A stretch of DNA of 64,000 nt. Origin: Pseudomonadales bacterium (lineage in GTDB: Bacteria > Pseudomonadota > Gammaproteobacteria > Pseudomonadales > Azotimanducaceae). Position 1 is the stretch's first letter. The number at the start of each line of letters is the position of its first letter. The stretch covers positions 3,608,325 to 3,672,324 of the forward strand of contig OY760226.1 in assembly GCA_963663395.1 (NCBI GenBank), in the 5' to 3' direction. Position numbers and translations under genes: made by a program. Below the pieces are notes generated by a model. That model was not told where the DNA came from. It saw only the letters and a list, made by a program, of their open reading frames with translations, and did not search any database. Positions 54,379 to 62,641 of the stretch are shown here, in pieces.

Positions 54379-54505
54379 GCCGCACGGAAACCCGCTGAGA
54401 AACAAGAACGTGGGCGAACAATTGGACTTTACGGGCCAGGTCGCCGCGTCGATAGATACGCTTGAGGTCCCCCTTGGCGGCCTCGCTAATCCTGTAGCTC
54501 GCCAC
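54371..54505 (-). pseudogene. truncated ParE/RelE-type toxin remnant (only ~20 N-terminal residues recognisable)
   Basis: My own translation from GTG 54505 is (M)ASYRISEAAKGDLKRIYRRGDLARKVQLFAHVLVSQRVSVRLR*. YRISEAAKGDLKRIY matches the ParE N-terminal pattern (Y-x-L/I-S-x-x-A-x-x-D-L-x-x-I). It overlaps the parD stop, as in parDE operons. It is 44 aa, against ~95 expected. Confidence 0.55.
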
Positions 54506-54734
54506 CGCGCCGCAACTCCTTTCTTATTTCGGCGCGTATCTCTTCGCGAGACATTTCCGTGAATCCGCTGAGTTCGGCCTCGATCAGCCGGGCGCGGGTC
54601 GCTTCGACCCCGCGGGCCCTGCGGATGAGATCGTTGACTGCTTCGCTGTTACTCCTGTATTCGTGTTCGACGTTTACCTTCCTGCTGAGCCACTCGGCGT
54701 TCGGAGAGGTGAATGAAATGCTCTGTCGCGACAA
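54486..54734 (-). CDS. parD: type II antitoxin, ParD/ribbon-helix-helix family
   Basis: Lies in ORF 54486..54794. The likely start is TTG 54734 (MSRQSISFTSPNAEWL); the alternative is ATG 54776. SISFTSPNAEWLSRKV...YRSNSEAVNDLIRRARGVEATRARLIEAELSGF fits ParD antitoxins. The segment is visibly less GC-rich than its flanks. Confidence 0.7.
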   Translation of the reverse strand: MSRQSISFTSPNAEWLSRKVNVEHEYRSNSEAVNDLIRRARGVEATRARLIEAELSGFTEMSREEIRAEIRKELRRGGELQD

Positions 54735-54775
54735 TGTTGTTTCCCGCAAAGCCTGAGTGATGCGATAATACATCA

Positions 54776-54946
54776 TTAACGCACCACCCCGCATATCGTG
54801 GGTCCCGCTTCAACATGCCCATCTTCGGAGCTCCCGTAGAGCACGCCGACCCGGGCTCCTTCATTCGCCAGCCAACGGGCGCTTGCCCCACCGATACCGC
54901 TCACGCCGCCCGTCACCCAGGCTACCTGTCCGTCAAAATCTCCCAT
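54776..54946 (-). pseudogene. N-terminal fragment of an SDR (Rossmann motif only)
   Basis: Lies in ORF 54776..54985. From ATG 54946: MGDFDGQVAWVTGGVSGIGGASARWLANEGARVGVLYGSSEDG, then unrelated residues and a stop next to parD. Confidence 0.65.
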
Positions 54947-55066
54947 GCAACAATTCTCCGTCCCGTCGTCGCGACGGGACACCAAGTGAACTTACGGCGC
55001 TCCTTTTCCGCCGCCCCGGGTTCCGCACTTCGCGGCATTCTCCTCTTCGCCAACCATTACAAGCGG

Positions 55067-55873
55067 CTATATCGGCAGCTCGAACACCGGCGTTCGCTCG
55101 CCGATCATGGCGTCGACGCGCGCGGTGAGCGCGTCGTGGAAGTTGTGGTGCGTGAAAATCCAGAAACGGTTTCGGGCCAGCCCTTCGAATATGCAATCGG
55201 CCACCTCGCCCGCGGCGATTCCGGTCGCCTCGCGGAACTTCGAGATCTTGTCGTCGGCGCTTTTGGACCCCTGACCGGTCATGCCTGCGATACGCTTCTT
55301 TTTCACTGCACCCGGACATACGACGGAAATGCCGATGGGCGATCGCCGCGCCGCCAGTTCGTGATGCACGGTTTCGCTGATGCTGATGATGGCGGCCTTG
55401 GTGCCGTTGTAGACGCCCATGGCCGGATAGGCGAGCAGCCCGTTCAGGGAACTGATATTGACCACGTGACCGGCGCCATCGGCGAGCATTCGAGGCATGA
55501 ACTCCTTCATCCCGTACAGCGTGCCCCACAGGTTTGTGTCGATCATGCGGCGCATGTCGTCCCGGGGCAGCTTCAACAGAGACCCGGGCGTCATTGTGCC
55601 GGCATTGTTGAACACCAGGTGCACCGCGCCGAACCGCGTGTAGGCCGCCTCGGCCAGCGCCTGCACTTCTGCGTGTTGACCCACGTCGGTGGTAACTGAC
55701 AGCACCTGGAAACCCCCGGCCTTAAGGTCGCTATCGACAGTTTGCAGCCGCTCCCCATCGATGTCGGCCAGCACCAGGTTCATGCCCAGTGATGCCGCTT
55801 TGGCCGCGATCGCTTCGCCGATGCCGCCGGATGCGCCGGTCACCACCGCGGTCTTGCCGTGCCAGTCATCCAC
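55067..55873 (-). CDS. SDR family oxidoreductase
   Basis: 268 aa. Motifs: KTAVVTGASGGIGEAIAAKAASLG, NNAG and YNGTKAAIISISE. Confidence 0.9.
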   Translation of the reverse strand: MDDWHGKTAVVTGASGGIGEAIAAKAASLGMNLVLADIDGERLQTVDSDLKAGGFQVLSVTTDVGQHAEVQALAEAAYTRFGAVHLVFNNAGTMTPGSLLKLPRDDMRRMIDTNLWGTLYGMKEFMPRMLADGAGHVVNISSLNGLLAYPAMGVYNGTKAAIISISETVHHELAARRSPIGISVVCPGAVKKKRIAGMTGQGSKSADDKISKFREATGIAAGEVADCIFEGLARNRFWIFTHHNFHDALTARVDAMIGERTPVFELPI

Positions 55874-55960
55874 GTTCAGCCTCCCGCCGGCGGTCGAATT
55901 GTCCGCTCCAGAACCCGGAGCTATAGTGTAGCGCCAAAAGAGTTACCTCAAGTGACGACC

Positions 55961-56881
55961 ATGCCGAAATTCGATTTTGACGGCCCCACCGACAAAATCG
56001 ACCCGGAGCGCGACCGGCAGGAAATCCTGGACGAAATCGCGGCCCTCAACCTGCACCGATACATCACCGAACTCGATGTCCAGGGCTACACGGTGCTAGA
56101 GCCGGGGGTTGCCGCCCCTGTGGAATATGTCGAGCGGCTCCGAGATACGGTGCTAGAGACTTGCCGCGACCGGCTGGTGGGTTTCGATGCCGGTGCCGGC
56201 ATCGTTCGCACCGACCGAAACGGGGTCAAGGGCGCTTATGCGAACCTTTTCTACCTGATTTTCGAAGGCGCCCTGTTCGAAGACGTTGTACTAAACCGCG
56301 CGGCCATGGCCATCGTCGACTACCTGTGTGGACGCAGTTGCCAGCTGTTGAGCCTCAATGCGCAGGTTAAGGGAGCCGGCACCCAGGTGACGGCCATTCA
56401 CAACGACCTCAGCCGTCAGCCTGCCCCGCTGCCCGTATACGCGCAGATGGCGAACGCCACCTGGTGTCTCACGGATTACAGCCGCGAGGGGGGCGGTCTC
56501 GCCATGGTCCCGGGCTCGCACCGATGGTGCAGCCATCCACGGCCGGAAGACAGGAATCCACACAAGAACGAAAAGGCCGTTCCGGTCGAAGCGCCCTTCG
56601 GGTCTCTGATCGTCTGGCACTCCAACACCTGGCATGGCGCGTACAAAAAAACCACGCCGGGCCTGCGCCTGAACCTGATCATGTATTACGGTCGCCCCTA
56701 CCTGGAACAGGCCGAGATCTACTGGGACAAGGTCACCGACGAGTTTCTCGAGCGCACGCCGCCGAGAATGAAAACCCTGCTCAACCTCGATGCCCGCTGG
56801 CCCATCTACACCGATGTGGACATCGACCTGCGGCGCATCTCGCCCCGGGCCGGCGCCTCGGGGATGAGCCTGTTCAGCTGA
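55961..56881 (+). CDS. phytanoyl-CoA dioxygenase (PhyH) family Fe(II)/2-oxoglutarate oxygenase
   Basis: Lies in ORF 55859..56881, start ATG 55961 (MPKFDFDGPTD). It has an HxD-type site (AIHNDLS), GGLAMVPGSHRW, and a distal His/Arg (LIVWHSNTWHGAYKKTTPGLR). Confidence 0.78.
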   Translation: MPKFDFDGPTDKIDPERDRQEILDEIAALNLHRYITELDVQGYTVLEPGVAAPVEYVERLRDTVLETCRDRLVGFDAGAGIVRTDRNGVKGAYANLFYLIFEGALFEDVVLNRAAMAIVDYLCGRSCQLLSLNAQVKGAGTQVTAIHNDLSRQPAPLPVYAQMANATWCLTDYSREGGGLAMVPGSHRWCSHPRPEDRNPHKNEKAVPVEAPFGSLIVWHSNTWHGAYKKTTPGLRLNLIMYYGRPYLEQAEIYWDKVTDEFLERTPPRMKTLLNLDARWPIYTDVDIDLRRISPRAGASGMSLFS

Positions 56882-56883
56882 CG

Positions 56884-57738
56884 GTGGACTTTTCCGGAGG
56901 CGTAGCCGCGGTCACAGGCGGCGGGAGCGGCATCGGCGAGGCGCTGTGCAGGGCGCTGGCGGGCGCAGGCATGCAGGTGGCGGTAATCGATGTGAACGGC
57001 GATCGCGCCGCGGCCGTCGCCGAGCGCATCGGCAACCGCGCGCGGCCATATCCGCTCGACGTTACCGATCGCCGGGCGCTCGATGAACAGGCCGCCGGCA
57101 TTGAGCGGCAACTCGGCTCGGTCAACCTGCTCTGCGCCAATGCCGGCGTGGTCATGCCATTCGGCTCCGTCATCGAACGCAACGATGCCGACTGGCAATA
57201 CGTGCTCTCGGTGAATCTGTTCGGCGTGATTCACACGGTGGATGCCTTCATCGAGCAGCTTCGCCGCAATGCCGGCAATGCCCACATCCTCGTGACCTCT
57301 TCCATGGGCGGTCTGGTGATCGGCGGGCACATTCCGCTCGGACCCTACACCGTCTCCAAGTACGCGTGCGTCGGCTATTGCGAAGAACTGCGGTCAGCGC
57401 TGAGCGAGGCGGGAATCGGCGTGTCCATGCTGGCGCCGGGCGTGGTCAACACGGAAATCATGCACAACTCCAGCGAGACCCGGCCCGGCGCCCTCGGCAG
57501 CCAACCGCCGCCGCCACGCCAGCGCGGCTATGTCTCGCCCCGCCTGGCGGCGGTGGCCGTCACCCCGGCCCAGACGGCCGAAACTGCCTTGGAAGGGATG
57601 CGCAACAACCGCTTCTATATTTCCACCCATATCGATGACGCGGGCCGGCTGAAAGACCACTACGACGCGATCGTTACCGAGATGTCCGGTCAGGGTCAAA
57701 AGGGGGGGATCAGAGGGGTGGAGGAGCTGAATGGCTAG
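56884..57738 (+). CDS. SDR family oxidoreductase
   Basis: Lies in ORF 56464..57738. GTG 56884 is 2 nt after the PhyH stop. Motifs: VAAVTGGGSGIGEALCRALAGAG, ANAG and YTVSKYACVGYCE. Confidence 0.88.
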   Translation: MDFSGGVAAVTGGGSGIGEALCRALAGAGMQVAVIDVNGDRAAAVAERIGNRARPYPLDVTDRRALDEQAAGIERQLGSVNLLCANAGVVMPFGSVIERNDADWQYVLSVNLFGVIHTVDAFIEQLRRNAGNAHILVTSSMGGLVIGGHIPLGPYTVSKYACVGYCEELRSALSEAGIGVSMLAPGVVNTEIMHNSSETRPGALGSQPPPPRQRGYVSPRLAAVAVTPAQTAETALEGMRNNRFYISTHIDDAGRLKDHYDAIVTEMSGQGQKGGIRGVEELNG

Positions 57739-57774
57739 CAGTATTCGCGCTAGGGACCGACGCGTAGGCGCACC

Positions 57775-57866
57775 ATGCTGACTTACGTGCTGATTCACGG
57801 GGCCGGCCCGAAGAGCTTGCCCGATTGCTCGACGCCGTCGACCCAGCCGGCATGGCCGCCTCTTGA
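57775..57866 (+). pseudogene. ~90-bp remnant of an alpha/beta hydrolase: the first 11 codons fused out of frame to the last ~20 codons
   Basis: From ATG 57775: MLTYVLIHGAG, against MLPYVLIHGAGG at the start of the intact gene at 60418..61134. Frame +2 then reads RPEELARLLDAV...*, against SRPKELAAVLDSVDD* at that gene's end. Confidence 0.6.
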
Positions 57867-58014
57867 ACACCGGAGAAGCATCGATGGACGTTGCCGAAAA
57901 GATTCCCGTTGCACAGGCCGCCCGCCGCAAACCCCTCGGACGCAGACTCGCTCCGTTTCGCAGCAAGCGTGAAACGAGCACCAGTCATCGTGTTGCACGC
58001 ACGGGAGACCCATC

Positions 58015-58884
58015 ATGAAGTTCTGGCAATTCCTGCGGTTCGCGCCACCGGAGATGCTACCCCGGCTGGCGCAGATCGCCGAAGACGCCGGCTTTCACGG
58101 CGCCATGCTGGTGGACCACATGTTCGTTCCCGAGCAATTCGACACCACCGGCACGCTCTACAGCACCGGCCAGGACGGCACGCCGTTCTGGGGGGAAGAG
58201 GATCCCTGGCCGGACCCCTGGGCGGCCATTGGCGCCATGGCTGCAGTCACCTCGCGCCTCAAGTTTTCCACCTGCATCTACATCCTGCCACTGCGCAACC
58301 CGTTCGATGTGGCCAAATCCCTGGCCACCCTGTCGGTAATGACCGGCAACCGGGTGGCGCTGGGGTGCGGCGCGGGCTGGATGAAGGAAGAGTACGCCGC
58401 CCTGGACATCGACTTCGCGACCCGCGGCCAGCGCTACACCGAGATGCTGGAGGTCATGCAGTTCCTGTGGCGCAGGGAGATGGTCGAGTATCACGGCGAG
58501 ATTTTCGACTTTCCCCGGCTGCAGATGTCGCCTGCGCCCACCGCGGAGATCCCCATCTACCTGGGCGGCAACGCAAAAGTCGCGAAACGGCGCGCCGCCC
58601 GTTTCGCCAACGGCTGGATCACGCATAAATTCCGGCGCAGCGAAATCGCCGGAATGGTGAGCGAGATGAAGGACATGCTCGGTGCGCAAGGCCGCGCCAA
58701 CGAACCTTTCGAGATCATCGTGCCGGCCGGCAGCAGCATGGACGCCTACCGGCAGTTTCAGGACGAGGGCGTGACCGGTATCGTCAACCTGCCGACGCTG
58801 GACGAAGTGGGGCCCCGGGCAAGCCTGGACGACATGACCCGCTACATCGAGAACTACGCAAACGCCTTTATCGGCAAGGTATGA
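58015..58884 (+). CDS. LLM class F420-dependent-type oxidoreductase
   Basis: 289 aa. Motifs: AEDAGFHGAMLVDHMF, LKFSTCIYILPLRNPFDVAKSLATLSVMTGNRVALGCGAGWMKEEY and IPIYLGGNAKVAKRRAARFANGW. Confidence 0.88.
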   Translation: MKFWQFLRFAPPEMLPRLAQIAEDAGFHGAMLVDHMFVPEQFDTTGTLYSTGQDGTPFWGEEDPWPDPWAAIGAMAAVTSRLKFSTCIYILPLRNPFDVAKSLATLSVMTGNRVALGCGAGWMKEEYAALDIDFATRGQRYTEMLEVMQFLWRREMVEYHGEIFDFPRLQMSPAPTAEIPIYLGGNAKVAKRRAARFANGWITHKFRRSEIAGMVSEMKDMLGAQGRANEPFEIIVPAGSSMDAYRQFQDEGVTGIVNLPTLDEVGPRASLDDMTRYIENYANAFIGKV

Positions 58885-58887
58885 GAC

Positions 58888-60387
58888 TCAGCCGCCGGAT
58901 TCGAACAGCGCCCGGATATCGACCAGCTTGGGTTTCATGGACGGCGTGCGCGGCATGTCGTCGATGAAGCTGAAAACTGCCGGAACCTGGTAAGGCAGCA
59001 TGTTTTCCCGTGCCCAGGCGCGGAGTTCGTCCACCGACAGCTTGGCTCCCTGCCTCGGCACTACCGCCGCCGCTGGCACGGCACCAAGGCGCTTGTCGGC
59101 AATGCCCACCACGCAGACCTCGCGCACGTCGGGGTGACGCTCCAGGATCCGCCCGATTTCCTCACCGTGCACCTTGAAGCCGCCGCGATTGATGGCGTTG
59201 TCGGTGCGGCCGGTGATCCACAGAAACCGGTCTTCATCCAGCTTCGCCAGGTCGGTGGTGCGAACCCACTTGCCGTCCCACACGAATTCGCCCCGCAGTT
59301 CCAGCACGCCTTCGCTGCCGAACGGCAGCTCCGCGTCACTGTCCGGGTCTACCACCCGGGCATCGTAGTTGGGATGCACGCGGCCCACGGAGCCGCGGTG
59401 CGTTTCCCAGTGCTCGCGGAATTCATCGATCGTCCAGCCCGCCACACCGGTGAATTCCGTGGAACCATAGGTGGTCAGCACCGGGATTCCCCAGCGTTGC
59501 ATGACCGCATCGATTGTTTCCGGGCTGGTGGCCGCGGTGCCCGCGCGAAACGCAATGAGACTGGACAGCTCATCGGCGGTCACGTCCGACTCCAGCAGCA
59601 TGAGCAGGCCGCTGGGCGGCACGCCGGCCGCCTTGGGCCGGTGCCGGACCATCGCCCGGCGAAATTCCGGCACGGTGAACCGGTCCAGCATGCAGATTCT
59701 GAAACCGCCCATGACGCCGCTGATCAGCCCCCACAGGCCCGCTATGTGCACCATGGCGTTCATGTGCAGCATCACGCTCTTGCGCAGCGTCGGCCCGGTA
59801 TCCAACCGGCGACTGCGCTCGTAGCGCAAGGCGCCCTCCAGGGTCTTGAGCACGCGCTTTCTGGTCAGGGGGATGCGCTTTGGCGGGCCGGTCGTGCCGG
59901 AGGTGAGCATGTAGATCACCACATTGGGTTCGGCGGTGAAGTGATCACTGCCGGTTCTCGCATCCAATCCCCCTACGGCCTCCACTACGCCGCCGGCCCC
60001 GAGTTCGACTCCCGCGGCGCCAACGTCAAGCGCGGCTTCACGCAAACCGGGGCGGCGCCAGTCCTTTCGTGACGCCACGATCACCGGTGGCCGCAGCTTG
60101 CGGATGTCATCGGCGAGGGTTTCATCCGGATAGAAGGGGTTGAGGGTGACCAGGCAACGGTCGCTGGCCACCAGCGACAGCACCAGGCCCGCGTGGTTCG
60201 GCGTGTTACGCAATACCGCCCCTACGGCGGCATCCGCCGGCGCGCCCACCCGTTCCAGCGCATCGTCCACGCCCTCGACGATGCCTCGCAGCTCCCCCCA
60301 GCTCGTCCACCGTCCCTCGTGTTCGATGGCGGGCGCTTCGGGTTCGATGGTCAGGGTTTTTCGAATGCGGTCGTGGAAGTCAAGCAT
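58888..60387 (-). CDS. AMP-dependent synthetase/ligase (acyl-CoA synthetase)
   Basis: 499 aa. Motifs: YMLTSGTTGPPKRIP, TTYGSTEF, WVRTTDLAKLDEDRFLWITGRTDNAINRGGFKV. Confidence 0.92.
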   Translation of the reverse strand: MLDFHDRIRKTLTIEPEAPAIEHEGRWTSWGELRGIVEGVDDALERVGAPADAAVGAVLRNTPNHAGLVLSLVASDRCLVTLNPFYPDETLADDIRKLRPPVIVASRKDWRRPGLREAALDVGAAGVELGAGGVVEAVGGLDARTGSDHFTAEPNVVIYMLTSGTTGPPKRIPLTRKRVLKTLEGALRYERSRRLDTGPTLRKSVMLHMNAMVHIAGLWGLISGVMGGFRICMLDRFTVPEFRRAMVRHRPKAAGVPPSGLLMLLESDVTADELSSLIAFRAGTAATSPETIDAVMQRWGIPVLTTYGSTEFTGVAGWTIDEFREHWETHRGSVGRVHPNYDARVVDPDSDAELPFGSEGVLELRGEFVWDGKWVRTTDLAKLDEDRFLWITGRTDNAINRGGFKVHGEEIGRILERHPDVREVCVVGIADKRLGAVPAAAVVPRQGAKLSVDELRAWARENMLPYQVPAVFSFIDDMPRTPSMKPKLVDIRALFESGG

Positions 60388-60417
60388 GTCGATTCCGGTT
60401 GGACAGGGTTGAGCGGG

Positions 60418-61134
60418 TCAATCGTCGACGCTGTCCAGCACAGCCGCCAGTTCCTTTGGCCGGCTGATGGTCGCCATGTGGCCTGCCTCCAATTCGACAA
60501 CCTCGACCGGGCACCCGCAATCGCGCAGGGTCGCAACGCACTGACGCTGAACCTCCGGCAGGATGACCTGATCGAGCGTCCCCAATACCCAGGTGCATGG
60601 CAGCGGGTGGGCCATGATTCCCGCCAGCGAGATGGGCCGATGCAGCGGCTTGCGCGCGTCCTTGACCATGCCCGCGACCGCGAACCGGGCCTGCTCCTCG
60701 TCCATGTCGTTGCAGTGGTAGGCGCGGATGGCGTCCGGATGCAGGCTGCGGCCATCCTCGCCTACGCCGTAGCGGTCGACCATTTCCCGGACCCTCTCGC
60801 CCACCACGTGGAAGTTGCCCTTGCCGTCGGGCGGCACCACGCAGTTGATGAACACCAGCCGCGCAATGCGTTCGGGAATCAGTTCGGCCAGGGTAACCAT
60901 GGTTAGCCCCGCCAGCGAGGCGCCGCCGACGATGGCGCGATCGATGCCCGCAGCATCCATGTCATCCACCACGGACCGCGCGAAGTCATTGACCGTGAGT
61001 GTGTCCAGGTCTCCGGGTTTGTCACCGCGACCCGGCAGGTCCACGGCCAGCGCCTGGTGCCGAAGGTGTGGCAAGACCCGGTCCCAGCGGCGCCCGGTCC
61101 CACCGGCACCATGAATCAGAACATACGGCAGCAT
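60418..61134 (-). CDS. alpha/beta hydrolase (small, methylesterase-like)
   Basis: Lies in ORF 60418..61371, start ATG 61134. Motifs: MLPYVLIHGAGGTGRRWDRVLPHL, nucleophile context IVGGASLAGLT and EAGHMATISRP. Confidence 0.8.
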   Translation of the reverse strand: MLPYVLIHGAGGTGRRWDRVLPHLRHQALAVDLPGRGDKPGDLDTLTVNDFARSVVDDMDAAGIDRAIVGGASLAGLTMVTLAELIPERIARLVFINCVVPPDGKGNFHVVGERVREMVDRYGVGEDGRSLHPDAIRAYHCNDMDEEQARFAVAGMVKDARKPLHRPISLAGIMAHPLPCTWVLGTLDQVILPEVQRQCVATLRDCGCPVEVVELEAGHMATISRPKELAAVLDSVDD

Positions 61135-61571
61135 CGTCCACCCCCCGATCGAATCGCACCCCCCGGCCGCACTGCCGCATTTGAGGTTCCTCAATAAAGT
61201 ATATTCCGATACCATCAACGCTTGCACGATGGCGAGATCAGCGCAAGTCAGCCAGGCTCGAAACGCACCCAGATTTCCGACCGACGACGCCAGCCACGAG
61301 CGTTTCCGGCACGGCGCAGCGCATGGCGTTGTACACATGCCGCCGGTACGGAATCGACGCGGTACGGGCATGGCGGTCTGGAATCCTTGAACGGCCTTTA
61401 CGTGGACAGATGAGTCGCATTTTCGAACAACGCCTCCAAGTTGCGGAGCAACTTGATCGCCTCGCCTGGCGATGCGCCTAGACCTCTTGTTCGCGGATCA
61501 GGTTTACCCATGAACCATCTGTCACGCCGACAACCGCCTCCTTTGGGGACCGAGTCACCGCCACGTTCGTC

Positions 61572-62396
61572 ATGGCATTGAAGTTCGAACGGTTGACCGC
61601 CAACATCGGGGCTCGCGTCAGGGGCTTTGACCTGTCCACGACAGGCGATTCGGACAGTGAGCACGCGCTGCGCGGCGCGTTGCGGCGCTACAAGCTGCTC
61701 ACCTTCCACCTGCCGGGCTTTTCCGCCGCCGACCAGGTCCGCCTGGCCGGCGTATTCGGCGAGATCAGCACACGCCGCACCTCGTACGGAGGCTCCCCCT
61801 CAAACGAAACCGAATACGTTTCGAACACCCGGGCGGACGGCACCCTCGGCAACGGGCCGTTCCATTACCACCACGACCACCTGTTCTACGAACAGCCGCT
61901 GTCCGCCTTGATGCTCTACGGACTGGAGATTCCGGGGTCCGGCACCGCAACCAAGTTTCGCGACGGGCACGGCTTCTACGAGTCGCTGCCGGAGGAGACC
62001 AAAGCCGTTGCGCGGCGTATCGATGCGCTGCACATGCTGGATTTCCGCACCGATGAGCACGGCAACACCGGGCGTTTCGTACACTCCGATGCCACGGGGC
62101 CGGAGCCACCGAGCTGCTGGCGGCCGCTCGTCTGGAGCAACCCCCAGACCGGCAAGCCGCAGCTGTTGCTGTCTCCTGCCATTGAAGATTTCCGGGGCAT
62201 CGAGCGGCAGGCGGGCTACGAACTGCTGCGCTCGCTGTTGCGCATCGGGCGGCACGAGGACGACCCGCAAACCACCTATGTGCATCGCTGGAAGGTCGGC
62301 GACCTGGTCATATGGGACAACGTCGCCCTCGCCCATGCGCGCCCGCCGTTCGATACATCGCAACCGAGGACCCTGCGGCGAACGGCCATCCTCTAA
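61572..62396 (+). CDS. TauD/TfdA family Fe(II)/2-oxoglutarate dioxygenase
   Basis: 274 aa. Motifs: FHYHHDHLF (HxD), GTATKFRD and VIWDNVALAHARPPF...RTLRRT. Confidence 0.85.
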   Translation: MALKFERLTANIGARVRGFDLSTTGDSDSEHALRGALRRYKLLTFHLPGFSAADQVRLAGVFGEISTRRTSYGGSPSNETEYVSNTRADGTLGNGPFHYHHDHLFYEQPLSALMLYGLEIPGSGTATKFRDGHGFYESLPEETKAVARRIDALHMLDFRTDEHGNTGRFVHSDATGPEPPSCWRPLVWSNPQTGKPQLLLSPAIEDFRGIERQAGYELLRSLLRIGRHEDDPQTTYVHRWKVGDLVIWDNVALAHARPPFDTSQPRTLRRTAIL

Positions 62397-62453
62397 GCGC
62401 GAACTATTCATCAATGAATGTGGCGAGGCTGGCAAGAGTAGTGAAAGCGCTGG

Positions 62454-62540
62454 GTGCGCAGACGCGTGCTAGGAGCACGTTGAGTGCGCACAGGCGTGCT
62501 TGACAGCACGTCGAGCACGCAGCGGGAGCACGCTCAACGG
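62454..62540. repeat. ~2.7 tandem copies of a 30-31-bp unit, each containing a CGTGCT/AGCACG mini-hairpin
   Basis: Unit 1 is GTGCGCAGACGCGTGCTAGGAGCACGTTGA (62454..62483). Unit 2 is GTGCGCACAGGCGTGCTTGACAGCACGTCGA (62484..62514). A diverged third unit is GCACGCAGCGGGAGCACGCTCAACGG. It is intergenic, between the TauD-like gene and the next SDR. Confidence 0.75.
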
Positions 62541-62641
62541 CAGGCTGCGTTTGCGCGGCCTCACCCCGGGCCCAGCATCGAATCCGTTGATCCGCACCGG
62601 GCAGCTCGTGTATTGATGCATCGACAGCAAAGGAGGTGCAC

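Noticed and set aside
54960-54980. A 9-bp-stem hairpin, GTCCCGTCG-TCG-CGACGGGAC, downstream of the SDR at 55067..55873. It might be an intrinsic terminator.
   Set aside because: No U-tract follows it on the transcribed (minus) strand. It lies ~90 nt past the stop, in a region full of gene debris. It is recorded only as a structure.
61135-61571. Possible small genes in the 437-bp gap between the hydrolase and the TauD-like gene, for example the 37-aa tail of ORF 61398..61709 (MGKPDPRTRGLGASPGEAIKLLRNLEALFENATHLST).
   Set aside because: Third-position GC is low and irregular, there is no Shine-Dalgarno sequence, and I recognise no motif. The region is locally AT-richer and is most simply a divergent promoter region.
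62454-62540. Possible CRISPR array.
   Set aside because: There are only ~2.7 directly abutting units, with no unique spacers between repeats and no cas genes. It is a simple tandem repeat.
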